Below are positions 30,301 through 39,654 of a DNA stretch of 64,000 nucleotides, piece by piece. Position 1 is the first letter of the stretch. Each line of letters begins with the position of its first letter. The notes beneath the pieces are model-generated. The model did not search any database. It was not told the DNA's origin and worked only from the letters and a program-made list of their open reading frames with translations. Location of the stretch: the NCBI GenBank assembly GCA_050287845.1, contig JBNKCR010000045.1:1-64000 (forward strand), given 5' to 3'. The DNA comes from Polyangia bacterium (lineage in GTDB: Bacteria; Myxococcota_A; Polyangia; JAAYKL01). A program made the position numbers and the translations under genes.

Positions 30301-31441
30301 TGCGTTTTTCCCGGGTGGCCTCGGCCGCTTCCGCCTTCACGCTATCCAGCTGCGCTGTCAGGGAGACCAGACGTGTTTCCAGAGACGCTCTCTGTTTTCG
30401 CTCCTTTTCGGCAACTTTCCTGGCTTCCTCAACTTTGCGGGACAGATCTGCGACCCGACTGGCCGCATTTTTCTCGGCAACAACAATTTTTTCGTCGCTG
30501 CGTCTGGCCTTTGTGGCCTGTTCTTTCTGCAATGTATCCAGATGCGCCTGGGCCAGTTCGGTTTCTTTTTGCGCCTGCTTCAATTTTTTATCGTAATGTG
30601 CCTGACTGGCTTTCAGCTTGCTGATTTCTGCACGGGCGGTTCGCCACCGGCCCTCGGCATCAGATGCCACCGATTGCGCCGCGCTCACCTCTTTTTGCGC
30701 TGAAGCGATTCTGGCCTTTGCAGTGGCTGCTTCCTGCCTGGCGTCTGCCGCCTCGGTCCTTGCACGGGCAACTTCATTCTGTGCCTTTTTTATTGCTTCC
30801 TGAATTTCCTTTTCCGCTGCCTTCTGCGCCATTGCCACGCGAGCATCCGCTTCCCGTTTCGCATCCCGCACCTGGGCGTCTGCCTCGCGCTGTGCCTGCC
30901 TGACCCGCTCATCAGCCGATTTCTGCGCCTGTTCAATCCGCTTCTCCGCGTTCGCCAGGGAAATCACCTGTTCCTTAGATGCAGATGCCGGCGTCACAGC
31001 TGCCGCTGTCTTCTGAGGTCCCCCGCTCAGGGTCACAATCAGCGTATTCCCTTTTACTTTCACCCGATATGATGCTTCCTTTCTGAAGTTCACCATCACC
31101 CGGCTGACCTTTACTTTTCCGGTGGTAAATTCGGATACCGCCACGCCACCGACGAGTTCAGTGGATTTTTCCAGCAATGACGGGACACCCTTCACTGAAC
31201 TGTTGGCTAAATCCAGCACCAGACGCCGTGGGGTCGACAGCTTGAACGCCGTATACATCGGTCGGGAGGTACCTTTAACAGATATAATCGTCTGCCCTCC
31301 CCGTTGAACCACATCCACCGCGTGAATCTGATTCATCTGATCCGGTGCAGCGGCCATTGTAGTGCCTGCGCAAACGGCAACCACAAACGCCACGAACAAC
31401 GCTTTTGTAAACCTGTTTAATGTGATTCGGGACCTGTTCAT
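27383..31441 (-). CDS. pilQ: Type IV pilus secretin PilQ with a large coiled-coil-like insertion
   Basis: AMIN (PRRLVLDL); YTGRRIDLDFKNADIHNILRLL; VPWDQALD; PQVLIEGRIVEA; ILSSPKILTLDN; KVPFFGDIPILGWLFK; last gene of pilMNOPQ. Confidence 0.95.
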   Translation of the reverse strand: MNRSRITLNRFTKALFVAFVVAVCAGTTMAAAPDQMNQIHAVDVVQRGGQTIISVKGTSRPMYTAFKLSTPRRLVLDLANSSVKGVPSLLEKSTELVGGVAVSEFTTGKVKVSRVMVNFRKEASYRVKVKGNTLIVTLSGGPQKTAAAVTPASASKEQVISLANAEKRIEQAQKSADERVRQAQREADAQVRDAKREADARVAMAQKAAEKEIQEAIKKAQNEVARARTEAADARQEAATAKARIASAQKEVSAAQSVASDAEGRWRTARAEISKLKASQAHYDKKLKQAQKETELAQAHLDTLQKEQATKARRSDEKIVVAEKNAASRVADLSRKVEEARKVAEKERKQRASLETRLVSLTAQLDSVKAEAAEATREKRKAMQAVEDMKVSVKSAFMEKETARKQAERARLAQKEAEKAYRAANKKDRDYLYRKLQQRQQETVSARKRYVAAETRHQEIDSKLDETLRALKIAERKSERAETARQEAEAKIATQRNSYEKKLAKLGDAVAAAEADARAAREEKERVIVAHEAERARILKESQKWKDTAASRLRAAQDRVKEAEAATRDAQSKTDGVVARINAVTARLDDANRTIVDQKKRIAELEKQSEKASAEAKKAEVALTRALKRAEEVKKAALAEKKQAELNVAQLRKKAEEAIAAEQKARLEAAKSKANSAPYASTVPIVQAKNTVSEPAAKNSAVEKSDADESGNKKVTQEELRLQRLAELQQKYADVPEQSRAAQKVKSKKSPKKSLSAERKATAAAAANAIQDIKFVNKGASQKVVINGSGEFRYSKSEKNNRVMVMEFSDARLLPMLERTLDVRDFGGVIDSISSYRQDNKVRVEVKLGRHAANRVDVRDGSIEWLFTDNGATGKDSAAPLGSASRVVHREKNDAYAYPTERTAAYSVTLADLSQRKEKYTGRRIDLDFKNADIHNILRLLADVGQVNIITSEDVKGSVTIRMREVPWDQALDVILQTKGLGKVKQGNLIRVAPLAVLEAEYEKAIERIKMNKELKPLETRLIPVSYATAGELMPRAQDLLTDRGKLSVDSRTNVIIARDVAETLDQVEALIRNLDTQTPQVLIEGRIVEATSTFAREIGIQWGGDFAASSATGNPTGLGFPSSVGVAGGATDSNAPLAGLTPVAGGQPNPNFAVNLPAATGTGSGGALGISLGSISNNANLNLRLSAMEEEGTLRILSSPKILTLDNRQAHIEQGTMIPYSRVSASGVQTSFKEAKLNLTVTPHVTADGSVLLDINMTRDEPDFNNKGARGDPTILKREAKTELLVNDGHTAVIGGIFTRNHGRSYKKVPFFGDIPILGWLFKSRSDSDRRSEMLIFITPTIVNRAESIGQ

Positions 31442-31598
31442 TGTCCACTCCTTTTATCCACCGAGAGCTGCGATTATGCACACGCAGATACATGTACACC
31501 TATGTGTAATTTTATCCTACACTGTCACACAGCGTGTTTCAAAATTTTTGACCGTTTTTTTTAATTTTTTTTAGGAGAGAAAAATGATGCCGAATGAA

Positions 31599-32246
31599 TC
31601 AATCCTGGGGATACAGCGGCATAAACCGTTTCACGTCGTCAGGGGTCGGCGTCAATGGATCGTCTCGAACCAGATAAACACCCCGCTCCTCTTTTTTGCC
31701 GGAGCCATGAATCCGCGCCACTTTCCAGTTGATCTGAATTCTATCCGCGCCATTTCCCGGATCAATGAAATCGGGTTTTCCCACGTAGTCACCCCGACGC
31801 AAGATAAATCCCTCGTTGTTCGGAGGTACCACCATGGCTCTGGGATCACCCACATTGGTAATAATGGCAATAAGACGTAGCTGTTCAATATCGTATTCTT
31901 CCAGCTTGATTTCCCGTTCAACGTTTTCCCGAACTTCCGGTTTGGGAACAATTACTTCTATAAACGGCCGGAACGGATCCCGTCGTTTAATGCTCTCGAT
32001 AAAATCGGTCTCCGCAATTTTAGGAGCACGAATCGAGGCATTCACTTTTTCTTCGTTTTCTTTCAGCACCGCTCCGGCGCTACCCTTTTTCAGTTCCGCA
32101 CGGGCTTCGGGGGAAGGTGTGCCAATCGGGGCACTTCTTTGCGGTGGACGATAATCTGAATTCGGATCTTCTTCGCACGCGAAAATACCGATACACATCG
32201 CCAAAAGAAAAACGAGCAAACTGTTATATTTCACTGCTTTTTGCAT
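31599..32246 (-). CDS. pilP: Type IV pilus lipoprotein PilP
   Basis: Lipobox IFAC; RRDPFRPF; LEEYDIEQLRLIAII; RAMVV...GFILRRGDYVG. Confidence 0.9.
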   Translation of the reverse strand: MQKAVKYNSLLVFLLAMCIGIFACEEDPNSDYRPPQRSAPIGTPSPEARAELKKGSAGAVLKENEEKVNASIRAPKIAETDFIESIKRRDPFRPFIEVIVPKPEVRENVEREIKLEEYDIEQLRLIAIITNVGDPRAMVVPPNNEGFILRRGDYVGKPDFIDPGNGADRIQINWKVARIHGSGKKEERGVYLVRDDPLTPTPDDVKRFMPLYPQD

Positions 32247-32257
32247 GTTTCCCTCTT

Positions 32258-32824
32258 CTAATTGGCATTATCCAGAGACCGGAATGTCACTGCCATCACA
32301 TTCGCTGTCAGCTCTGCACCGTTTTCAGTCACACTCGGATTTGACAAATCGATATTTCCTACGTTGATGATTCGATCCAGTTTACCCACCTGAAAGAAAA
32401 ATTTGGACAATTGCAGAAAACTGCCTTTCAGCTCCAGCTTCACCGGAATGGTCGCATAGTATTTTTCAGGGGCTTCCGCAAGGGGGGTCACCGACAGAAT
32501 TTCGAGACCGGTCAGTTCCGCCACAGAATTCAGGTTGTTTAAAAAGGATGCCATCTCGCTTTCAACCGGCAACATCTGACGCTGTTTCACGGACGCGATT
32601 TTCAGATCTTCCATCCGCTGAACGTCTTCATCGTAGGTTTTCTTTCGCTTCTCCACTTCTTTCAATTTTTTCTCAAGCGTCTCATGTTGCGACTGCGCGC
32701 TCGTAAGGTCATCCTGAAGTGGCGAATAATACATCTGCCAGAAAATCAGTGCGATAAGCACCACCAGGACCCCGAGCATCAGCAGCTTCCTGGAAATTGG
32801 CATTTTCAAAAACTGGTCAAGCAT
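32258..32824 (-). CDS. pilO: Type IV pilus assembly protein PilO
   Basis: TM plus coiled coil; LPVESEMASFL; YYATIPVKLELKGSF..L..FF..VGKLDRIIN. Confidence 0.92.
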   Translation of the reverse strand: MLDQFLKMPISRKLLMLGVLVVLIALIFWQMYYSPLQDDLTSAQSQHETLEKKLKEVEKRKKTYDEDVQRMEDLKIASVKQRQMLPVESEMASFLNNLNSVAELTGLEILSVTPLAEAPEKYYATIPVKLELKGSFLQLSKFFFQVGKLDRIINVGNIDLSNPSVTENGAELTANVMAVTFRSLDNAN

Positions 32825-32838
32825 AATGATACACTCCG

Positions 32839-33501
32839 TTATCTGTACCGGATATCGCCGACGACTGTAAAGGAGACCACTTCCACTTTTCCATTTGCCC
32901 CCAGAGAGCGCGTATCAATGCTGGGCCCACTCAATTGTGTGGATACCAGCTCACTCGAAACAAAAAAGGACGACAGATTTATCCGTCTGAGAAACTCTGC
33001 CACGTCTTCGTGGCTCATTCCCTGACCCTTGATTGTCACGCGTTTATCCTTTTCGGAAAACGATAATAACCATACGCGCCTGAAATCCCAATTTTCGTCA
33101 TATCCCCTGGAGGGGTTCTTTTTTATGATCTCCTGATATTTTTCATCAGAAACAGTCGGCTTTCCATTTTTTGACAAAATTCGCGACAGTTCAAGCATCA
33201 CCTGAACCGGGCCGGTTCGTGCAGCCTGCAATTCATCGATGGCGTTCTGGCGCTGCTCATATTCATGAATCTCAGCGCGAATTTTGTCATGTCCCGCAAT
33301 GGTATTGTTGATTCGACTGATATTCGCCTGCAATGAGTTGTTCTGATTCTGCTGCTCGGCGATTTCGCTATCCAAATCGATACTCAACACCACCGCCACC
33401 ACCAGTTCGAGGAAAATCACGAGAACACCGATCAGCAGATGGTTGCGTCCCGCTTCTTTTCGGCGGTCCTGCTTGATCGGCAAAAGGTTGATTCTGATCA
33501 T
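32839..33501 (-). CDS. pilN: Type IV pilus assembly protein PilN
   Basis: MIRINLLP motif, TM and coiled coil. Confidence 0.93.
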   Translation of the reverse strand: MIRINLLPIKQDRRKEAGRNHLLIGVLVIFLELVVAVVLSIDLDSEIAEQQNQNNSLQANISRINNTIAGHDKIRAEIHEYEQRQNAIDELQAARTGPVQVMLELSRILSKNGKPTVSDEKYQEIIKKNPSRGYDENWDFRRVWLLSFSEKDKRVTIKGQGMSHEDVAEFLRRINLSSFFVSSELVSTQLSGPSIDTRSLGANGKVEVVSFTVVGDIRYR

Positions 33502-34563
33502 TCAGATTCGCTCCTTTTGCTTCCGAAGCGCCAACCCGAGGCAAATGGATGCCTGAGGTGCCTGAGTCTTCAGTACTTGCGGATTAAATTTTCGTTCGTC
33601 GTACAATACGCGCCTGAAAGGGTCGAGCAACTCAACGGGAACTCTGGAGCGTCGTTCGATTGAATTGCGAAGGTGCAGAATATTCGCTGTTCCCCCGGTG
33701 ACAAAAATTTTATGAACATCACCTTTATTTGATGTCGCCATATAAAAGTCAAGAGAACGCTGAATTTCGCCGGCCAGAGAATCCACAACGCTCGATACAA
33801 TTTCATCCACTTCCCGGGGAATGACCGAATGCGCGCTGGCGTCTCCACCGGACTTGTACGTCTCAGCTTCTTCATAACTCACCTGAAGCTGCTTCTGAAT
33901 CTCTTCGGTAATGGCGTTGCCACCATTGCTGATATCACGGGTAAACTGGGACACGCCATCGGAAACAATATTGATTGTCGTCACCTCAGCGCCCACATTC
34001 AGCAGTGCCAGGATCTCATTGGGAGTATATCCGTAGTTCAGTTCGTACACATTCTGAATGGCGAACGCATCAATATCCACCACCATGGGCTTCAGTCGCG
34101 CCTCTTTCACCACTTCGAGCAAATCCTGAATCTCATCTTTTTTGGCAGCCACCAGAAGCACATCCATCTGACCCGCTTCGGCATTCTGCGACAGAATATT
34201 GTAATCCAGCTCCACTTCCGAAATATCAAAGGGAATATGCTGCTCCGCTTCCCACTGTATCTGTTCTTCCAACTCATCCGGTTTCATTTGCGGCAGGTTG
34301 AGTTTCTTGATGATGACTGAATTTCCCGAAATGGAAAGCGCCACTTCCCGCTGAGCAATCTTGTGATCGTGAAACAGTTTCCGAAGACTATCAACTACCA
34401 CACCATGATTCATCACATGACCATCCACAATAGACTGGGGAGGCAGCTTTTCAATACCATGCTTCAGCAGATGGTATCCCTTGCCAGACTTTCGAAGCTG
34501 AAGAACCTTGATAGAGGACGTGCCAATATCAACGCCTACTAAATGCTTTCCTTCAAATAACAT
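33502..34563 (-). CDS. pilM: Type IV pilus assembly protein PilM
   Basis: VGVDIGTSSIK, IQWEAEQHIPF, VLLVAAKK, EIQRSLDFY, GLALR. Confidence 0.96.
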   Translation of the reverse strand: MLFEGKHLVGVDIGTSSIKVLQLRKSGKGYHLLKHGIEKLPPQSIVDGHVMNHGVVVDSLRKLFHDHKIAQREVALSISGNSVIIKKLNLPQMKPDELEEQIQWEAEQHIPFDISEVELDYNILSQNAEAGQMDVLLVAAKKDEIQDLLEVVKEARLKPMVVDIDAFAIQNVYELNYGYTPNEILALLNVGAEVTTINIVSDGVSQFTRDISNGGNAITEEIQKQLQVSYEEAETYKSGGDASAHSVIPREVDEIVSSVVDSLAGEIQRSLDFYMATSNKGDVHKIFVTGGTANILHLRNSIERRSRVPVELLDPFRRVLYDERKFNPQVLKTQAPQASICLGLALRKQKERI

Positions 34564-34854
34564 TTAATCATCCTCAAAAACTTTTCGGCGGTCAGCGACT
34601 TTAAGCCCCAACGCCTTCAATATTTTGCGTTTTGTATCCATCCTGCAACCGAAGCCGTTTTCAATTCGAGTAATTGTGAGCACCGAAAGCCCGGCCTTCC
34701 TCGCCAACTCTGCCTTGCTCATCATGTTCTCAATTCGAAATTCCCGAAGATTGTTTTTTGGCTTGGCAGCTGCGGGATCGCCCGCTTCTTCTCTGCCAGG
34801 CTGCTTTCCATCCTCGGTAATGACTCTGGCGTCTTTCCCCGAATCTTCTATCAT
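34564..34854 (-). CDS. XRE-family HTH transcriptional regulator, first gene of the pil operon
   Basis: NNLREFRIENMMSKAELARKAGLSVLTITRIENG...TKRKILKALG; the stop abuts the pilM ATG. Confidence 0.88.
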   Translation of the reverse strand: MIEDSGKDARVITEDGKQPGREEAGDPAAAKPKNNLREFRIENMMSKAELARKAGLSVLTITRIENGFGCRMDTKRKILKALGLKVADRRKVFEDD

Positions 34855-35329
34855 TACTGGCCTCCACCTACTGAAGGTATCATCTGTTTTTAAGGCCGCA
34901 TACCTTTATGGCATGCGAGCGCACTCGTCCTGACCACTCAACCGAATTCATTTTTAACCGTCTCAAGTTTTCCCCAATCTTTTTTAAGTTTTAAGATAAT
35001 TACGTATAATTCACATATAAATTAATATTGAGTTATAGCAAATTAGTTAAGTACTTCGTGTTCAACACATTGTCACCCGAATCCCGAGGCGGGTCAAATT
35101 TTTTGCACATCGATGAACTGGACCACCGAAAATGGTCGGGGTCTACCCGTACACCGGTGTCAAACAAGACCCACCGGAGAAGGTGGGTGGAAAAATGCCG
35201 CAATATACCATTTTTCACCTATGTTAATTATGACTGCTCGATCATTTCCCGAACCCACTGATGGGTATAATGTGACCCCACCATTAACCACCTCACTCCT
35301 TAACCCCCTATAAATACAACACTTTTTTT

Positions 35330-35347
35330 TAGGCATACCCTTTGCTT
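35330..35347 (+). promoter_or_regulatory. Sigma54 (-24/-12) promoter upstream of the sigma factor gene
   Basis: TAGGCATACCCTTTGCTT, with GG(35332)-N10-GC(35344), about 45 bp before the ATG at 35389. Confidence 0.65.
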
Positions 35348-35388
35348 TAATGCTGGGCCAACGCAACTCCCGCAAAAGGACACAAACA

Positions 35389-36021
35389 ATGGCATCTCAA
35401 GCAAATAAGCAACAAAAGGGTACAATGAAACCCGCCATAGATGAAACGTTGATAAAAAAACATATGCCACTGGTTCAGAAACTGGCCAGACGCATGGCAT
35501 CCAGGGCCCCCGCCAGTATCGCCACCGATGACCTGTTCAGCGCAGGTTCACTTGGACTGGTTGATTCTGTATTGCGAAACCGGGGTGGCGATGGCGCATC
35601 TTTTGCCTGTTATGTCCGGATGCGAATCCGCGGCGCCATTTATGATGAACTTCGCGCCAATGACTGGCTCCCCAGACGCAGCCGTTCAAAGGATAAAGAA
35701 GAGCAGACGAGTGGCCCGGCCAGACCGGTAGCCGTCATTCGGTTTGACGATTTGCCCGTTGGCCCGGAAAGTAATCCCGAAAATAAAGAAAAGAGAACCA
35801 ATCCGTTTGACGCGCTGACCGCCAAACGCACCTTTGAGAATTTGCAGGAAGCATTGAATGCAATGCCCAAAAGAGATCGTCTGGTATTGCACCTGCATTA
35901 CTTTAAAGGAATGCAAATTCGCGAAATCGGTCGGCTTCTTGGCGTTTCAGAAGCCAGAATATCACAAATTCATCACCGGGCCCTCTCCAGAATCCGTCCC
36001 CTGGTGAAATCCGCCGCCTGA
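35389..36021 (+). CDS. FliA/WhiG-family (sigma28-like) RNA polymerase sigma factor, short form
   Basis: PLVQKLARR, DDLFSAGSLGL, YVRMRIRGAIYDELRANDWLPR; region 4 EIGRLLGVSEARISQIH; AAAGGA RBS. Confidence 0.88.
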   Translation: MASQANKQQKGTMKPAIDETLIKKHMPLVQKLARRMASRAPASIATDDLFSAGSLGLVDSVLRNRGGDGASFACYVRMRIRGAIYDELRANDWLPRRSRSKDKEEQTSGPARPVAVIRFDDLPVGPESNPENKEKRTNPFDALTAKRTFENLQEALNAMPKRDRLVLHLHYFKGMQIREIGRLLGVSEARISQIHHRALSRIRPLVKSAA

Positions 36022-36102
36022 GTCTACGAAATCAATATTTCATATTACGCTGTATTGCCATTGCTACATCGGAATATCTGATCGGATAATTGTTCAGCGA
36101 GA

Positions 36103-38469
36103 CTATTTCATATAGCCGAGCTGTCGAAGCTGCTCTTTCAGCTCCTCCGGAATGTTTTCATTCTTCTCTTCCCGGGCTTCCGGTTTTACCACCACATCCG
36201 CCTTGATCTGTCCATCAAACCATCGGAATTTATCAGGAGAACCGATAAATTGGCCCAATGCAATCCGCATTGCGCGTCTGGCAAGGGGATATCGTTCGTC
36301 CACATCCACTTTTTCTTCCGGGTCGTCCTTCAGATTGAACAGATAAGTAATCGCCGGGCCCTTCATCTTGAGTTTCCAATCCCCTTTTCGAACGGCCCAC
36401 TGCAGATTCCGCTCATCCGCCTCTGAATAGAAGCTTGAAAATGACGCATTAAACGGATGCCCGATGTCCCCATTGGCTTCCTGCAACAGCGACCTTCCCT
36501 CCACCGAAGCCCCCTGCTCGTTCCCCGTGGCATCAAGTACCGTTGGAACAATGTCGCTCAGAGACGCCTTGGACCGAACGCGGGTATTCTGAGGAACCAA
36601 CCCCGGGGCACGAATAAGAAGCGGCACGTGAAGCAATTCCTGATACAGCGTATGCCCGTGTCCAACGGACTCATGCTCAAAAAACTCTTCGCCGTGGTCC
36701 GCACAGAGAACAAACACGGTATCATTCAGCACCCCCTTCTTTTTCAGCGCGGCGATAAACTGGCCAAACTGCCGATCATGATACGTGACCTCCCCATCGT
36801 ACAGCGCTTCCAGGCGTCGTTTATCCCGACTGTTGAGCTCAACCTGCTTTCGTTTGTACTCCTCCAGCAGATTTCCAGTGGACCGGGGACTGACGGGTCC
36901 TTCGTAGGATCGTGCATCGTACAGCTTCAAATCCTCTTCTGGCGGATCGTAGGGAACATGGGGATCGATGGTTTGAATATACGTAAAAAATGGCTTATCA
37001 TTTGAATCTGAGATGAACTTTAGCGCATCGCGAAACACATTTTCCGCATCGCTGTTCTTGTTTTCCCGGATGTAATTCACATATTTATTCCAACCCCGAT
37101 CAAATCCGAATTCCGATGCGAGATATCCGTTGGCTACAAACGCAGCGGTCTGAAATCCCTTTTCGCGAAACATTTCCGAAACCATCTTGATGGATTTATT
37201 CAACTTCGAAGAATGCCCCCGGGCCTTATGAGAATCCGGATGCAATCCGGTGAGCACCGAGGCACACGACGGTTTCGTCCAGTTGGAATTGGACTGACAC
37301 TGTTCAAACAACGTCGATTCTGCCACAAATGCATCCACGGCATTGGTTTTCACCCGTTTGTTGCCATAGGATTTCAGCTTGTCCGCCCGCAATGTATCCA
37401 CCAGAAGAACCACCACATTTTTCTTCCGCTTCCCTTCGGCCGGAGGCGCGGATTTCACGCGAATGGCAGGAATTCCAGCTGCAAAACGCGCATTTTCGGC
37501 CCCCCGGGTCTCGAGGTCGATACGAATCAGCCTGTCCGCGTAATCTGATAAATCCACCACCACTTCCTGCCATTCATCCTTATCGAACTGTCTGGAAAAT
37601 ACGCTCTTCCGCTCGGTCTGGTCCACCGGCGTGATGTGGACACTCAGATTTACCGGCAACACTTTTGATTTCGCATCCAGCGTTGGCGTTCCCATAATGC
37701 AGAGGGATGCCTTGTCCGGTACCTCCACGTAGTACGACAGCTGCATCGGACAGGACATCATCAGGGATGTGTATTCCTTTTTCTTGCTGGTGTACTGCTG
37801 GACCATCTTGGGCGTATGGGGCGGATTGAACTGACTGGGAACCGGTGTGCCTTTGGGAATGATTCGGATATAATCCACAGCAAACGAGGACGGCACCCCC
37901 GCAATTTCCTTTTCGGAAGTGGAGTATATCAACTTGAAATAATTTTCACCTGAAACCGACTGGTCTGCCGTTGCGCTGACCGTATATGTTGCAAATCCAT
38001 CACCATTCATGGTCACACGACGAAGTGGATTGTCATTGAGATACACCGAAAACGAATCGGTACCCCCCTTTTGAACCCGAAACTCAAAGTCCACATCCAT
38101 CTGTTTTTCCAGATTAAAATACAGTCGCGAAGGGGATTGGGTCGCCCAGGTATAGGCTACCCCGTTCATCGAGCTGTCATTGTCCCAACCGCTCATCCAT
38201 CCCCCGTTGGAATACTTGAATCTGGATGCACTGCCAAAATCAATGAACTCGCCAAAATGAGTCACGTCCGCCAGGTGAAGCATCTCCGTTAAATCAAACA
38301 CACTCCTGGTCCCCGCCCACGATGTCCCCTTTGCCGCGGCATCCACTCTCGGCGCCGGCTTTTCGCTGGTGGAATCACCACCGCCACATCCCAACGGTAA
38401 AGCGGTGCCAAGAGCCACAGCCGAGCCGGCAATTAAAAAATCCCGTCGAGTCCATTCTTTTTGCGCCAT
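36103..38469 (-). CDS. Tat-exported sulfatase-like (alkaline phosphatase superfamily) lipoprotein
   Basis: TRRDFL signal followed by LGC; NVVVLLVDTLRAD, WTKPSCASVLTG, DPHVPY, LYDGEV, ADHGEEF, HVPLLI. Confidence 0.88.
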   Translation of the reverse strand: MAQKEWTRRDFLIAGSAVALGTALPLGCGGGDSTSEKPAPRVDAAAKGTSWAGTRSVFDLTEMLHLADVTHFGEFIDFGSASRFKYSNGGWMSGWDNDSSMNGVAYTWATQSPSRLYFNLEKQMDVDFEFRVQKGGTDSFSVYLNDNPLRRVTMNGDGFATYTVSATADQSVSGENYFKLIYSTSEKEIAGVPSSFAVDYIRIIPKGTPVPSQFNPPHTPKMVQQYTSKKKEYTSLMMSCPMQLSYYVEVPDKASLCIMGTPTLDAKSKVLPVNLSVHITPVDQTERKSVFSRQFDKDEWQEVVVDLSDYADRLIRIDLETRGAENARFAAGIPAIRVKSAPPAEGKRKKNVVVLLVDTLRADKLKSYGNKRVKTNAVDAFVAESTLFEQCQSNSNWTKPSCASVLTGLHPDSHKARGHSSKLNKSIKMVSEMFREKGFQTAAFVANGYLASEFGFDRGWNKYVNYIRENKNSDAENVFRDALKFISDSNDKPFFTYIQTIDPHVPYDPPEEDLKLYDARSYEGPVSPRSTGNLLEEYKRKQVELNSRDKRRLEALYDGEVTYHDRQFGQFIAALKKKGVLNDTVFVLCADHGEEFFEHESVGHGHTLYQELLHVPLLIRAPGLVPQNTRVRSKASLSDIVPTVLDATGNEQGASVEGRSLLQEANGDIGHPFNASFSSFYSEADERNLQWAVRKGDWKLKMKGPAITYLFNLKDDPEEKVDVDERYPLARRAMRIALGQFIGSPDKFRWFDGQIKADVVVKPEAREEKNENIPEELKEQLRQLGYMK

Positions 38470-38880
38470 ATCCACTCCCATCGTTTATGAATTCTTCAGA
38501 CTCATGCAATGCTCACGTATTCTTGCCTGAGCGCATCATCCCGCCGAATCAAATACCGCCAGCGATCCCGTTGTACCCGGGATTTGCCGCTGACCCGGTC
38601 AATTCAAACCACTGGTATCAAAGAAACACATCTGTCAGAACAGACGTTGAGGTATGCATACCAGATAATCATTTTCATCAAAACAAAACGCGCCAACTTT
38701 TTCCCAAATTTCACACGGCCTGAAAACAGACCATTTTCACAGGGAACCGTTTTTCATGCAAACTGACGCAACAATCACTCAATGGAGCAACTTTTTTATT
38801 GTGAATATCGTGAGGATAAAGAACGGCCTGAAACAGCAGAATCCGTAGCGATGAGTACGAATGTGGAACAACAAAAAGGA

Positions 38881-39333
38881 TCAGTTGGTGATCTTGCTCA
38901 GAATTTCATCAAGGTTTTTCAGCGATCCAACAAAGCTTTCCTGCTCGGCTGAACTCAGGCGTCCAAACAGTCCCTGATATCCTTCACGTACCCGTGTACG
39001 ACGGCGACGCATCAGTTGGCGACCCTGGTCAGTCAGCTCTACCACAACAACACGGCCGTCGTACGGACCACGAACTTTGGTCACCAGACCTGCTTTGGTC
39101 AATCTGGCAATCATTTCTGACGTTGTGCTCTGTGCGGAACCCACCAGTCGGCCAAGGTTCCCAACAGAAATGGGTCCATGATTGTGGATAACAGAAATGA
39201 CTTTGTACTGACCGTAAGAAATTTCATCCTGCACTTTACTTCCGCTCAGCAAGTCCAGTCTTCTCATCAGTTCCTGCGCCATTTCTTCCACAGTTTCAAT
39301 GACATTATTGGTGTTGTCGATATTTTCGTTCAT
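38881..39333 (-). CDS. MarR-family transcriptional regulator
   Basis: QSTTSEMIARLTKAGLVTK...DGRVVVVELTDQG. Confidence 0.92.
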   Translation of the reverse strand: MNENIDNTNNVIETVEEMAQELMRRLDLLSGSKVQDEISYGQYKVISVIHNHGPISVGNLGRLVGSAQSTTSEMIARLTKAGLVTKVRGPYDGRVVVVELTDQGRQLMRRRRTRVREGYQGLFGRLSSAEQESFVGSLKNLDEILSKITN

Positions 39334-39654
39334 AGTTCATGCCCTCTTCAATTAATTATCATGGAAAAAATTCCATCAGCAATTTCGACCCCATGCCGAA
39401 AGACTGCAAATTTGGCCATTAACATAACACGTATTTTCCTTTGTTCAAGACCCTATATTATCAAATCCGGTTTTTTTATCAGTTACATAAATACTACAAT
39501 CATTGTTTCACAAATGAAAAATCGACAGTGTTTTCCTTTTTATCCATATATTGTAAAGACATAGGCGATCCCGATTCTGAGAAGAAGTATCGGTGAATTC
39601 GATTGGCGGAGAAATGAACGAGTCTATTGACCGGCTGATGAACTCCACGTATCT

